Assembly: GCF_001194135.2 (NCBI RefSeq)
Contig: NC_068997.1
Span: 30,859,832-30,897,072 of the forward strand
Reading direction: 5' to 3'
Source of the DNA: Octopus bimaculoides
Taxonomy: Eukaryota
DNA: 37,241 nt
Made by a program: the position numbers and the translations under genes. The number at the start of each line of letters is the position of its first letter. Position 1 is the stretch's first letter. A model generated the notes under the pieces. The model was given only the letters and a program-made list of their open reading frames with translations. It was not told the DNA's origin and searched no databases. Of the stretch, positions 1 through 11,137 are shown in pieces.

Positions 1-54
<54 letters not shown>
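1..54. repeat. (TG)n microsatellite
   Basis: Direct reading; runs off the window start. Confidence 0.98.
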
Positions 55-57
<3 letters not shown>

Positions 58-202
58 ATATATAAAGCAATGCGTATGCCTGAAACCTCTTAATGTGTGA
101 AATGGTCATTTCCAGAACCCTATACACATGCATACATGCACGCATACACACACGTGCACAGACACACAAACGCACACACACATATGTATAAAACATCATT
201 AA

Positions 203-1775
203 CATCATCATCATCATCATCATCATCATTTAATGTCCATTTACCATTTTAGTATGGGTAGGGCGATTTGAGGGGAACATGCAAATCAGAAGACTACACA
301 AAGCTCTGCTGTCTATTTTGGCATGGTTTCTATTACTGGATGCCTTTCCTAATGCCAACGACTTTACTGAGTGCATTGGGTGCTCTTTACGTGGCCGCAG
401 CAACCATGAGGTCACCATTAACTTGCAGGACAAGAACCTCTCAACAGAGGTTGTAGAGTAGTGCTGAGGGAGAGAAAGGTATCTTGCTTTAGGAGAGGGA
501 CATGACTTCCGCAGATGGAGAAGAAAGAAACAAGAAAGAAAGATGATTAAGATGTGAAAGGGGCTTTGTACTCAAATTACAGTGTGGTGTATTGTAAAGT
601 GGGTCAGGGATTGGAGAGGGTGGATATGAGTCCACAAGATTCCAGAGGGAGTGAGAGGGAAAGGGAAAAGGATTTAATAGGAGCATATAATGTGCAGGTA
701 TAGATGAAAACGTGTGGGACAATGGAGGAAATGGAAGAAGGGATTAGTAGTTTACTTTTCTGCTTAGTAGTACTTTGGTCTTTGCTAAATTAGCACAAAG
801 ATCCTTAGCTTCCATAATTTACTTCCACACCTGGAATTACTTCTCTTACTAGAGATTTAACTACAAATGCAAGGTTATTGGTATAGAGGACTTCTAAAGG
901 GCAAACAATTGTCAGTTATGCTCTTGAAGACTATAATAAACAACAGGGGAATGAAAATTTATCCTTTGTGAAGTCCTAGCTGCACACCAACTTCGTCGCT
1001 GTATTCATTGCCGACATTCCCTGTACATGGCTTGGATGGCTCTCACTAAACCCTCATCCATACCAAGCTTCCACATCAACCACAAGATGTGTGAGCAAAG
1101 GAGCCTGTCAAAGGCTTTCTACATGTAGATAAGCACGAGGTATAGTGGTTTATACATTGCCAAGTGCTTCTCCTGCAGTTGCCTTAGTGAGAAAACAGCA
1201 TTAGCAGTGCTTCATCCTGGTATAAAAGCAAACCTCATCTCCTCTGTTAACTCTCTTAGAGCTATGATGCTTTCAGTAAATTTCATGACCTGGTTCAGCA
1301 GTTTGATACTTCTGTAACTATATTTGTCTAGGGTATCTCTTTTACCTTTGTAGCAGTTAGCTGCAATGCTACCAAACTAGACGTTAAGTATGATGCCTTT
1401 CTGGAAAACTTGGTTAAAATATGAGTGGTTATGCCATATCCTACTTCACCTGCCATTTTAAGCATCTCAACAGATGCTTAAATTTTAAGCTAATGGGTCA
1501 GGATGCTTTTTCTGTCTTCATATCCTTAATTACTTTGCCTATCTTTTAAATGACGACTTACATAATTAGTGTCTCTGTTGGGTACATGTTACGAGGACTC
1601 TCTTTCTCGCATGCATTCTCCACATTCAGTAGCTTTTCAGTGTGGCGCTTCCATAAATCTTTCTTAGCAGAATCAATAAAGGCAAGTGTTTCGTAATCCT
1701 ATCAGAATGCAATTCTTTCATACAACACCATGATTTTCTCCTATAAATTGTCTTGCAATTATACGAATATATATA
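203..1775 (-). mobile_element. Decayed RTE-clade LINE (RT region plus 3' end with (TGA)n tail)
   Basis: Manual minus-strand translation of ~990-1400 gives CYKGKRDTLDKYSYRSIKLLNQVMK...FIPG*STANAVFSLRQLQEKH...KAFDR, typical RTE RT motifs. The YADD position reads YTNN (~870-895). There are stops and frameshifts. The (CAT)n at 203-229 is the tandem-repeat 3' tail. Confidence 0.88.
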
Positions 1776-2019
1776 TATATGAGAATTGAGGACCGAAATC
1801 CTACATAGGGAAGTCAATACAATCCAAGCAAAGAATATATACAAAATATATTTTCAGTATTTGCAAAATAAATAAATATAGTGTAAGGAAAGGAAAAAAT
1901 ACATTGGTGTGGACGATCTTTAAATCATAATCTAAATTTAAATTTTTAAGATATGAGACGGTTGAATTTTTACGTTTAATTATCCTGCAACCATTTTGAT
2001 ATTTCTATTTATTTATTTA

Positions 2020-2052
2020 CTAGCTGACCCCCGTGCCGTCAAAAATGACGGC
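2020..2052 (-). mobile_element. Helitron-type 3' terminus (hairpin plus CTAG)
   Basis: Minus strand reads GCCGTCA-TTTT-TGACGGC (perfect 7-bp stem, 2035-2052), 11 nt, then CTAG followed by T. This is the canonical Helitron 3' signature. The 5' end was not located. Confidence 0.75.
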
Positions 2053-2225
2053 TAATTGTAGTTTTTATATTTAAATAAGGTGCAAAATATTAATCACAGA
2101 TACTAGCATTCACATATTTCCTTTGTACAATCATACCCATACACACATATACTCAAACAGAATTGATATACTGTCAGATTCTTCTTTTCAGAGTTGAAGT
2201 TCCCCATCCTATTTCCATTGCGTAG

Positions 2226-2256
<31 letters not shown>

Positions 2257-2674
2257 TTCACATACTCCCTTTTACATACACATACATATACTCTCAAAGA
2301 GTTGAATGGCTGATTTTTCACCCCTTCTCTCTTTATTCTTCTATCTTCCTTTCTCATTCATATGTTGAAAACAAAAGATACACTATGCGTTCTTTGCCAC
2401 TTCCTTTCTCACATGACTATTACTTTCTCTCACTCTCTCAGTCATGGCTGTTACTCTCACTACCACTCCTTCACTGTATTAATATTTTCTCTCCTCTCCC
2501 TTCACTGATACTACTTATTCTCTTTTCTGTCCTACTGATTTACTTGAAGGTGGTCATTTTGTAAACAAAAGAATTTCTTTTTCTTTTTATTTTCGTTTGA
2601 TATTATCATATTAAATTTGAATTTTAACATTTCTTACGTTTTAGTGGATAATATATTGGTTTTTAGTTTTCGAT

Positions 2675-3676
2675 GGATCTTTTCCTTTTGATGGGCAGAT
2701 CGAGAAATTATTTTTTTGTAACTAAACACTTTAAAACTTTGGATGCTAGTAGAATGTGTCATATAAAACATCTTTTACCCTTAGCGTTGTTGAGAAAAGT
2801 TTCTATTTTCGAAGTTATTTCGTGTTAAAGTTGTCGTATTTTAGTAATTTCAACCAATCAATGACATCTATTGAGCTGAAAAAGTTACTGCTGTTGTTTG
2901 TCAACAATAAGTTCCGGTGGTATATATTTCGTTTGTCACTGTTATTTATGATATATTTCATCTCAGTTACGTTCGTATGAATAAACGAATCTATCTGGAG
3001 CAAGTTTACTTCACGACACCACCATAATCGTTCGTGCATTTCTACTTCTTTTAGGTTTTTTTCTTGTTTTTCAGCTATTATTTTCGAAGACTCCCCCACC
3101 CCATTTTCTCGCAAATTATTGTTTGTTTTAAAGATTTTTTGCCAAAAACCCAGCTTTTCGGATACGGATATTCCTGAAAATTGCCAAAAATCGGAATTTT
3201 AACATTTTTGCCTCCCTTACCTCTCCCCTTCCAATTTCTTCGTTTTTCACTTTTTCCGTAACACTCATCCTAAAGCCCCAACCCTAACTCTAACCGTAAC
3301 CCTAAAACCGTAACTCTAATATTGAATCCCTAACGCTAACCCTAAACTCTAACCCTAACCCTAACCCTAAAGCTAAAACCAGTACAAATGTACGAACGAT
3401 GTCATAAATAACAGTGGCAAACGAAATATACACCGCCGATAGTGGTTGACAAACAACAGCAGTTATTTTATTCAGCTGAATACACGTCATTGATTGGTTG
3501 AAATTACTAAAATACGACAACTTTAACACGAAATAACTTCGAAAATAGAAACTTTTCTCAACAACGCTAAAGGTAAAAGATGTTTTATATGACACATTCT
3601 ACTAGCATCCAAAGTTTTAAAGTGTTTAGTTACAAAAAAATAATTTCTCAATCTGTCCATCAAAACGAAAAGATCC
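2675..3676. mobile_element. Non-autonomous long-TIR (foldback) DNA transposon, GGATC family copy 1
   Basis: Ends GGATCTTTT...AAAAGATCC. Arms of ~290 bp (2675-~2970 vs ~3390-3676) are reverse-complementary. Exact 8-bp TSD TTTTCGAT at 2667-2674 and 3677-3684. Confidence 0.92.
3256..3378 (+). repeat. Degenerate (TAACCC)n telomere-like tract inside GGATC copy 1
   Basis: Perfect TAACCC units mixed with TAACCG, TAACTC and CCCTAAAA variants. Confidence 0.9.
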
Positions 3677-4364
3677 TTTTCGATTTTTAATTAGTTAACC
3701 CTATTATTTTTGTAGTAAGTTAAATTTATCTGAATCGTAATGTTAAATAAAATGCTGGGGTATTTTTTTTTTATATATTTTTTCTTGTTTTGAACGGCCC
3801 GGCGTTCTGCTAATTTTCCTTCTATCATTATTTGATTGTTCGTTCCTGTCTTGGCTATTAAAAGGTCTTTTCATGTTTTTTTTGCTGGTCGTCATTATTC
3901 ATACCAATATGTAATTTCTGACGAAGAATGTAATTTTATTTCAAGAAGAGTATTCCGCTTTTGTCTTTGGAATTAATTAGACTCCGAAGCAATATGTAGA
4001 ATTTATATTGGCTTTATACCAACTTGGATTATGATTTAACGATCGTCAACACCTATATTTTTCCCTTTCCTTATACTTTATATAAATGAAAGTATATGTA
4101 TAATTATAGTCACTTATACAAATATATATACATATACACATATATAAATATATAGATTCAAGCATAGCTGCATGGTAAGAAATTATTGCCTGAGCGTTAA
4201 ACTAATACATCTGCTTGTTTACACACCCGTCTTCGTATTTTTTTTTTTTTTTTTTTTTTTGTAAATTCTCACTATATATATATTCAGGTCAATATGGTAC
4301 TTAAGTTTAGGCATCAGAAATAAGTATAGTATTATACATACAGTTTCAAAATAAGGTGATTAAA

Positions 4365-5743
4365 ATCAAAATAAGCAACAAAGATATCCAAAGTTAATGC
4401 TGTACGCTCATTTCATGCGACTCCATTTAATAAAGCAATGTGAACATTACATCAAATATAAAATGCAGAGCAATCCTCAGCTGCACAAAGATATAGAAAT
4501 CTAATGAAATTACATTTCTACAGAAGAACATATTTTTATAGCTACATTTAAACTTGTTCCATTATTATTTTGTACTTAACTCATGTTAGTTAATACAAGT
4601 TCCTGATAATTTAAGATAGTGCAATCTAATTAAATTAGTACATAACTATCATGTTCTCTATTAATTGTTTAGTTCACTATTATATTCTATCTTAATTCCA
4701 ATCGTTCATTTTATCAGTTTATTAAACCTTGAGGGGTCCATCATTATATACCATGTAAATCCTATGTATCAATTCTTTACATTAACTATATAATAAATTG
4801 TATATCATGTGTCCTTTAAATGATATTAGATATATAAGTTTAATCTTAAAATTTGTGTCCAATATATATAAAAAAATTTAAATTTCACATCTTATCTATG
4901 GTTCCTTATATTAGTGTAAATAAGTCTAAATGTACTTTACCATAGCATTTTAAATTAATACCACTTCATGGTTTTTGCATTCTGCATTAATTGTTTAGTT
5001 AGATTATTATACACTATTTTCATTTTATTTCATTATTATTTTATAATTAGCTTTTATTTATTCACATATTAATTAAGCAAATATTGGTATCTCAAGTATT
5101 TCAAACTTAGTATATGTAAAACAATACTGATACATTATTCTGATTAATGAAAACTATGAATAACCATTTACTGTATCTGTACACAATATAGCAACTTTAT
5201 TTTATATAATTTTGTCCTAGGTGCCTTATGATAATACTTCCCCTGCTCCATTATAAAGTGGTCTGCTAGCAGGGAAACCCCCTATAGTAGTTTGTCACTA
5301 AACCCTAAGAAATTTTATAACTATGTCATCTACGTTTAGTGTCTAGACTGTTTACCCCTTTCCCTTCAAAGAAAATGCAATTGCCCTCTTAAGCTTTGAA
5401 TCACTAACTCTGATAAGATGGTCCATAAATCAGAAACAAGAAAAAAAACAAAAAAAATCAGTGACAGTTAAAGATCTGCTTAGAATTATTTACTAGCCTG
5501 TATGGTCTGGCTAAGTCAAAATAGTTTTTTGTATTCTTCCTTTCTACTTTGAGAGTTTAAATGTAGTTATAAAAATATGTCCTTCTGAAGAAATGTAATT
5601 TCATTAAATTTTTATATCTTTGTGCAGCTGAGGATTGCTCTGCATTTTATATTTGATGTAATGTTCACATTGCTTAATTAAATGGAGTCGTATGAAACGA
5701 TCGTACTGCATTAACTTTGGATATCCTTGTTGTTTATTTTGAT
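4365..5743. mobile_element. Long-TIR non-autonomous element (~190-bp arms, ~1-kb AT-rich interior)
   Basis: 4365-4554 (atcaaaataagcaacaaagatatccaaagttaatgc...ctacatttaaact) is the reverse complement of 5554-5743. No TSD resolved because the right flank is (TA)n. Confidence 0.8.
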
Positions 5744-5744
5744 A

Positions 5745-5982
<238 letters not shown>

Positions 5983-6012
5983 GCATTACGAATGGGAAAA
6001 ATTATACTTAGG

Positions 6013-7140
6013 CTAGCAGTATAGCGCGGTGTTGCCCGGGATTGAAGTTAGGATTATTAAGCTAATCAAGTTCTTTATTTCAAACCAAACTAAGTAACAT
6101 CGATGTCATATTTGGGCGAAATCCATTGAAATTGGTAAACTTTTGGCTGAAAATGAGTTGCAGACAACTTGATTGGGTAATCCCATAAGGAATCGGTTTA
6201 TCGATTTTTGCACTCATCGATTTTTTTCTTACGTTATTGGAGAATTTAAAAGCATTCAAAGATCCCATGAGTCCTAAGTAACGCTGGCATCAAGTTTGAA
6301 CAAAATACATCAAAATTGGTAAAAGTTATGGTTAAAAATGGGATGTAGCCAATTTTATTGGGTAATCTTATAAGGAAGCGGTTATCGATTTTTTTTATTC
6401 CGATTAAATGGAAAACCCCATAAGGAATCAGTTTATTGATTTTTCACCCTAAATAGGACTTAACCGAACACAACATTGCTGATTCAAAAACATCTATATT
6501 TATGCTTTAAAGTTTGTTTTCACACCCAACCCAGTTCTGCAGAATCAGTGCCGCAATGGGAGTGCATGGGTTGGGAGTTCGATCGGAAGAGGTGATCAGG
6601 TTGCACATGCTAGCCCTTTGAAAACACCACCCCATCATCTAACCCCCTTTCTAGCAAGGAAAATAGAACGCCCAAAAGGGCTCTCGATTGTCTGTGTCAG
6701 AAGCGGTTATGTTCAGATCACAACTAAGTCTTAAGTATGTATATATATATATATATATATATATGGGCAACATACACATACACACATGTACGTACACCTA
6801 TTGCATACATGTTTTTGTGTGTGTGTGTGTGTGTGTATGTGTTGCCCGTCTTAGCAAAAACTTACTCTCCGTTAGAAGGGGACTTAACTCCGGTTTGTAA
6901 ACAATGGTGATTTCTCCTACTTGAAAATTGTTAAAAGTTTTGGTTGAAAATTTATTTTTACTGGTATTCACTGGGGCCTCGAGAAAAATAAGTTGACGAA
7001 AATACAGCTAGGGTCATGACGAATGTCCTCCTAAAATTGGAGCTACATGCGTGCTAATTTGTGGACGTGCATAAATTAGATTTACGTACACACACATACA
7101 CACTTATATGCGTACACATCCTGCCTTTTATATATACAGA
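6013..7140 (-). mobile_element. Non-autonomous Helitron-like element inserted in direct repeat 1
   Basis: The minus strand starts A|TCTGTATATATAAAA at 7140 and ends with a degenerate hairpin (cccgggcaacaccgcg) plus CTAG at 6013. The uninterrupted site is present in repeat 2 (ttatactgaga|taatttctc, ~8330-8348) and shows no TSD. Confidence 0.78.
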
Positions 7141-8473
7141 TAATTTCTCGTTTGGACGATGTAAATTATAATACCGCTCTCTTGGTTTGTAAATGTATGC
7201 AGTGTGACTTCGGCGTAGGAGACTGTTTAAACGGATACAGTGTGGATTTGGCGCGTGACGAACTATGAAGACTATTCAACATGAAGCGATGGTGTTCGGT
7301 TGGTGCTAAGATGGAGTTAACGTGAGGAAGCGAAACTGAACGGTAGGGCAGTGCCTAGAGATGGTTCGAAGTCTGCTGGAAGACAATATGTGACGATGAA
7401 GTTGGTTTCGGCAATCAATGTGAGCTACACAACGTAAAAAATGCGGAAAATTTCAGAGGTAAATGAACCCCCCACACACACACACACCCAATAATAAAAC
7501 TCTGAAGAACTGTCTAGTTGTTGCATAAATGCTCTATTCGGTTCTTAATTCAAAATTCATTAATTTGGATTATGCTCGACGATTTTGCTTTGTTATTCGC
7601 AACTCAATTCTTTGGCTACTGCTTCTTCTGCTCTATGCAAGTTGGTTTGATAAGAGTTGCCTGCGCTACAGATTGTTGTGTTGGAGCCCGTTGGTGGTAT
7701 CATAAAGCTGCTTGTGGCATAACAACTGCTGTCAGAACTGGGATCTTCATTGCTATAGTGAATCAGTTATTCACTGTGCAGTCAGAAGGAGTACATACAA
7801 TAAGCCAAACATGTATGGAGGAGTTAACTCTGGCTATAATTGTGAGAATGCTAAAAGAGCAGCATGATAATTTAGATAAATTCAAAGAGGAGAAGACAAC
7901 GCGAAACACAAAACATCAAGTTCAGCTGGAAATGTTTAAGGAAGAGTTACGTTAAAGAGTTACGTAAAGTAAATGGTGATGTTGTATGGTGCAAGCAGCA
8001 AACAGATCGGTTTGACAAGAGATTTGCATCTGTAGAAAGGTTGTGTGCTATCGAGTCTCAGATTGCTGAGAAAGAAGTAGCTGTTGTTACTGTGCAACGA
8101 CATGATACTCCAATGTTTAGGCTCGGATCCCGTGAAGTTGAAGGTGACCCATTAGGAAGAAGCCACAGGAATTCAATTGCAAAGCGTCTTGGGTGGCCTA
8201 TCGAGCTCAGTTTGAGATGCTGGCTAACCAGAATCAGTTAGACAAGAGACAGAGAGCGGTTCAAAAGTTGTAAATTTTGTATAATTTGTGGGGACGACAA
8301 AAGCCTAGTGTTACAAATGGGAAAAATTATACTGAGATAATTTCTCCTTCGCACGACGTGAATTATAACATCGCTCTCTTGTTTTGCAAACGAAGGCAGT
8401 GTGATCTTGGCGTACGTGACTGTTTAAGCCAACGTTGAGTGATTTTGGCGCATGGCGAACTATAAAGACAATT

Positions 8474-8686
8474 CTTTTCTACTCTAGGCACAAGGCCCAA
8501 ATTATTTTGGGAAGGGGACAGTCAATTAAATCGACCCCAGTACGCAACTAGACTTAATTTATCGACTCCGAGAGGATGAAGGGCAAAGTCGACCTCGATG
8601 GAATTTGAACTCATAACGTAAAGACAGACGAAATACCGTGAAGCATTTCACCCGGCATGCTAACGTTTCTGCTGGCTCGCCGCCTT
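8474..8686 (-). mobile_element. tRNA-derived SINE with TSD
   Basis: The minus strand has an A-box-like agccagcagaa near the 5' end and B-box-like GAGTTCAAATTCC. It is flanked by an exact 11-bp duplication ACTATAAAGAC (8459-8469, 8687-8697) and is absent from direct repeat 1. Confidence 0.88.
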
Positions 8687-8944
8687 ACTATAAAGACTAT
8701 TGCACATGAGGTGATGGTGTTCGGTTGGTGCTGAGATAGAGTTGACGCGAGGAAGAAATACTGAATGGAGGGACAGTGTCAAGAGATGGTTCGAAGTCTG
8801 CTGAAAGGTTACATGTGACGATGAAGTTGATTTCCGCAATCAATGTGAGCTACATAACATAAAGGATGCAGAAAATTTCAAAGGTAAATGAAAGAATTTT
8901 TTTAAAAAAAGCACCTTAATTCAAAATTCTTTTATTTTGATCAT

Positions 8945-9760
8945 ATCCGACGGTGGTTCCATAAGTTATAGAATGGAACGGTGGTTCCATAATTGTTATA
9001 GAATTTTAACATAATATCCAAACGCGCAGTCGATATAATACTAACGTACTAACGGCTAGGAAAATCATCATTGAGTTCGATCAAAAGTACTCGGCTACAA
9101 CTGATAGACCAAATTATTTCTACATTACTATGCGGTCCAGTCATTCGGCTCAAGTAACCGATTAAGTGGATACTTATATTCTTGATTGTATACATAGTGA
9201 ATTTCCTGAATTATGGGTTTGGGTTATATAGAGATGACACTCTATTCATAATATATAGATCAAAGAAGGTTAGTTTAGAAAGGCCTAGAAAAAACTTTTT
9301 CGAATTCAATAAACATCTCGGTCTCTCTATCCCGATAGAAAATTATTATACTAAGGTTAAATTACTAAGTTAATTTTAAGATGGGGACAAGTAGGAAAGA
9401 TTGCAAACATGAGTACCAAATGCAAGTGTTTCAGGAATATAATAGTCCATCAGTGTAAGGTAATAACAGAGGATCATAAGTATTATTATATTAGTTTACC
9501 TGCTACAATTTGAAAAGCAAGATTTCACAATGATTCTCACTCATTTAAGTATTGAAGAAAAGCTAATTCTACAAATACTATCAAATGCATTTGTGGTTTA
9601 GAAGATAGGAACATGAAGTATGAGTTAAAGTGGTCCATTATTTGTTACGCACCCTCGTACAATATTGGCAATGATACGTATGAACTTTGCTTTGAAGAAA
9701 TGTATTATATGATTACTTTTAAATTAATTATATGAAATTTTAATCGGAGATTTATAATGA
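8945..9760 (+). pseudogene. Decayed Penelope-like element (Neptune-like), RT and GIY-YIG remnants with an internal deletion
   Basis: FGLYRDD RT motif in ORF 9182-9373. Downstream manual translation gives IVHQCKV...YYYISL and KYELKWSIICYAPSYN...ELCFEE, matching the PLE GIY-YIG C-terminus. Many stops. Confidence 0.72.
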
Positions 9761-9959
9761 AATGTTGCCGCAAATTTCGAAAGGCATTTAAATATTTCAA
9801 TTCTTAATTACTTTTCATGTAAGCAAGACTTTTCTAAAAAACAATTTATTTAATAAATTGATAACTAATTGTCGCGATATAAAATCTCTATGTTTCTAAT
9901 TATTATAACGTAGAATTCTTATATTTAATTTGTGTTCTTTCGTTATCTAGTGATATCAC

Positions 9960-10130
9960 CATATGCACACACCCACATACATACACATACAAACACATAA
10001 GCATGCACACACTCACAAACACATGAATATGCAGAATGCATACACACATACATACATGCCTACATACATACATGCACACATAAATACATACATACATATA
10101 TACATACATACATACATACATACATACATA
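9960..10130. repeat. (CA)n/(TACA)n microsatellite
   Basis: Direct reading. Confidence 0.93.
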
Positions 10131-10560
10131 CAAGCGCTTGAAATCCAGGAACAGGAAATATGAACCAAATGTCTAATACACAAAAGGGACAGAGATGCTG
10201 GAAAAACAGTAAAATGTGACAACCGATTCAGACTTTGTCGAGTTAATACCAAATATAGCACCCACATCATAAGCTGTTGTCTAAAAATGTCATCACGGTA
10301 TTATCTACCGATGAGGCATTATGTTGTATTTAGGAAAATGTATAACGAGATCCAGTGAGAGAATAACCGCCACGAACAAAGAAACAAGAAGACACAGTAT
10401 GGTAGACGCCATGTCCGTTCATAACAAAAATGATTAATAATGACCCTATGAAAACCTCAATAAAATATAAACACAATAGGCCTGATATAATGATTTGGGA
10501 TAGAGAAGAGAATCCGTCTACAATTGATGCAATCAGCTGTCCAACGGATATTAACAAACG
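10131..10560 (+). pseudogene. 3' fragment of an RLE-type (R4/Dong-like) non-LTR element
   Basis: Translation gives QALEIQEQEI, a decayed CCHC region (RLCR...HIISCC), and KHNRPDIMIWDRE...ISCPTDIN, a PD-(D/E)xK restriction-like endonuclease signature. Confidence 0.72.
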
Positions 10561-10725
10561 TTATGCAATTTATGTATATTTACTTGTTTTCTTAAGTAGT
10601 TGTATAATTTATATATTGCATGTAACTTGTGTATTTGTATAGACTTTGGATTATCTATAGACCTACATATATTTTTATATTTATGTATTGAGACATTTAC
10701 AAATTAGTTTAATTTTCATAGTTTA

Positions 10726-10753
10726 CTAGCAGAGTCATCCGGTGTTGCCCAGG
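10726..10753 (-). mobile_element. Degenerate Helitron-type 3' terminus
   Basis: Minus strand cctgggcaacaccgg...ctgCTAG|T, closely similar to the terminus at 6013-6040. Confidence 0.55.
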
Positions 10754-10864
10754 AATGAAATTTTTCTTTACATACTGGAAGTAAAAAAGCCAAATATTTT
10801 GTATAGAAATTTGTTATTCTAAATTCAATTTATTCTTTAATTGGGAAATCAATTCTGAATTCAT

Positions 10865-10949
10865 ATCAACAAAAAAAAAAAAATAAAAATAAATAAATAA
10901 ATAAATAAAAAAATAAAAAAATAAATAAATAAATAAATAAATAAAAAAA

Positions 10950-10992
<43 letters not shown>

Positions 10993-11002
10993 AAATAATA
11001 AA

Positions 11003-11050
<48 letters not shown>

Positions 11051-11051
11051 C

Positions 11052-11114
<63 letters not shown>

Positions 11115-11137
11115 GTAATAATAATAATAATAATAAT
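10865..11137. repeat. (AAAT)n followed by (AAT)n microsatellite
   Basis: Direct reading. Confidence 0.97.

Larger units (their letters stand above)
1880..4077. repeat. Short dispersed inverted repeat pair (1880-1935 and 4024-4077)
   Basis: taaggaaagg...gacgatctttaaatcataatctaa is an imperfect reverse complement of ttggattatgatttaacgatcgtc...cctttccttata. These are probably two fragments of one abundant repeat family. Confidence 0.65.
5985..8940 (+). mobile_element. Probable internally deleted LTR retroelement: two ~355-bp diverged direct repeats around an ~0.8-kb interior with coiled-coil gag-like ORF remnants
   Basis: Repeat 1 = 5985-6012 + 7141-7467; repeat 2 = 8309-8890 minus a SINE. Repeat 2 starts TGTTAC. 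Homology resumes at cttaattcaaaattc (~7545 and ~8915). The interior has the ORF fragments 7518-7955 and 8041-8241. No clear PBS, PPT or TSD, so a simple tandem duplication is not excluded. Confidence 0.55.

Noticed and set aside
3918-3950. CTGACGAAG possible hammerhead core
   Set aside because: No properly placed GAAA and no convincing helices.
5200-5500. Possible transposase remnant in the interior of the 4365-5743 element
   Set aside because: Manual translations are interrupted by stops and show no recognisable motif.
6560-6600. B-box-like GAGTTCGATC inside the Helitron-like insert
   Set aside because: No properly spaced A box or tRNA-like fold was identified.
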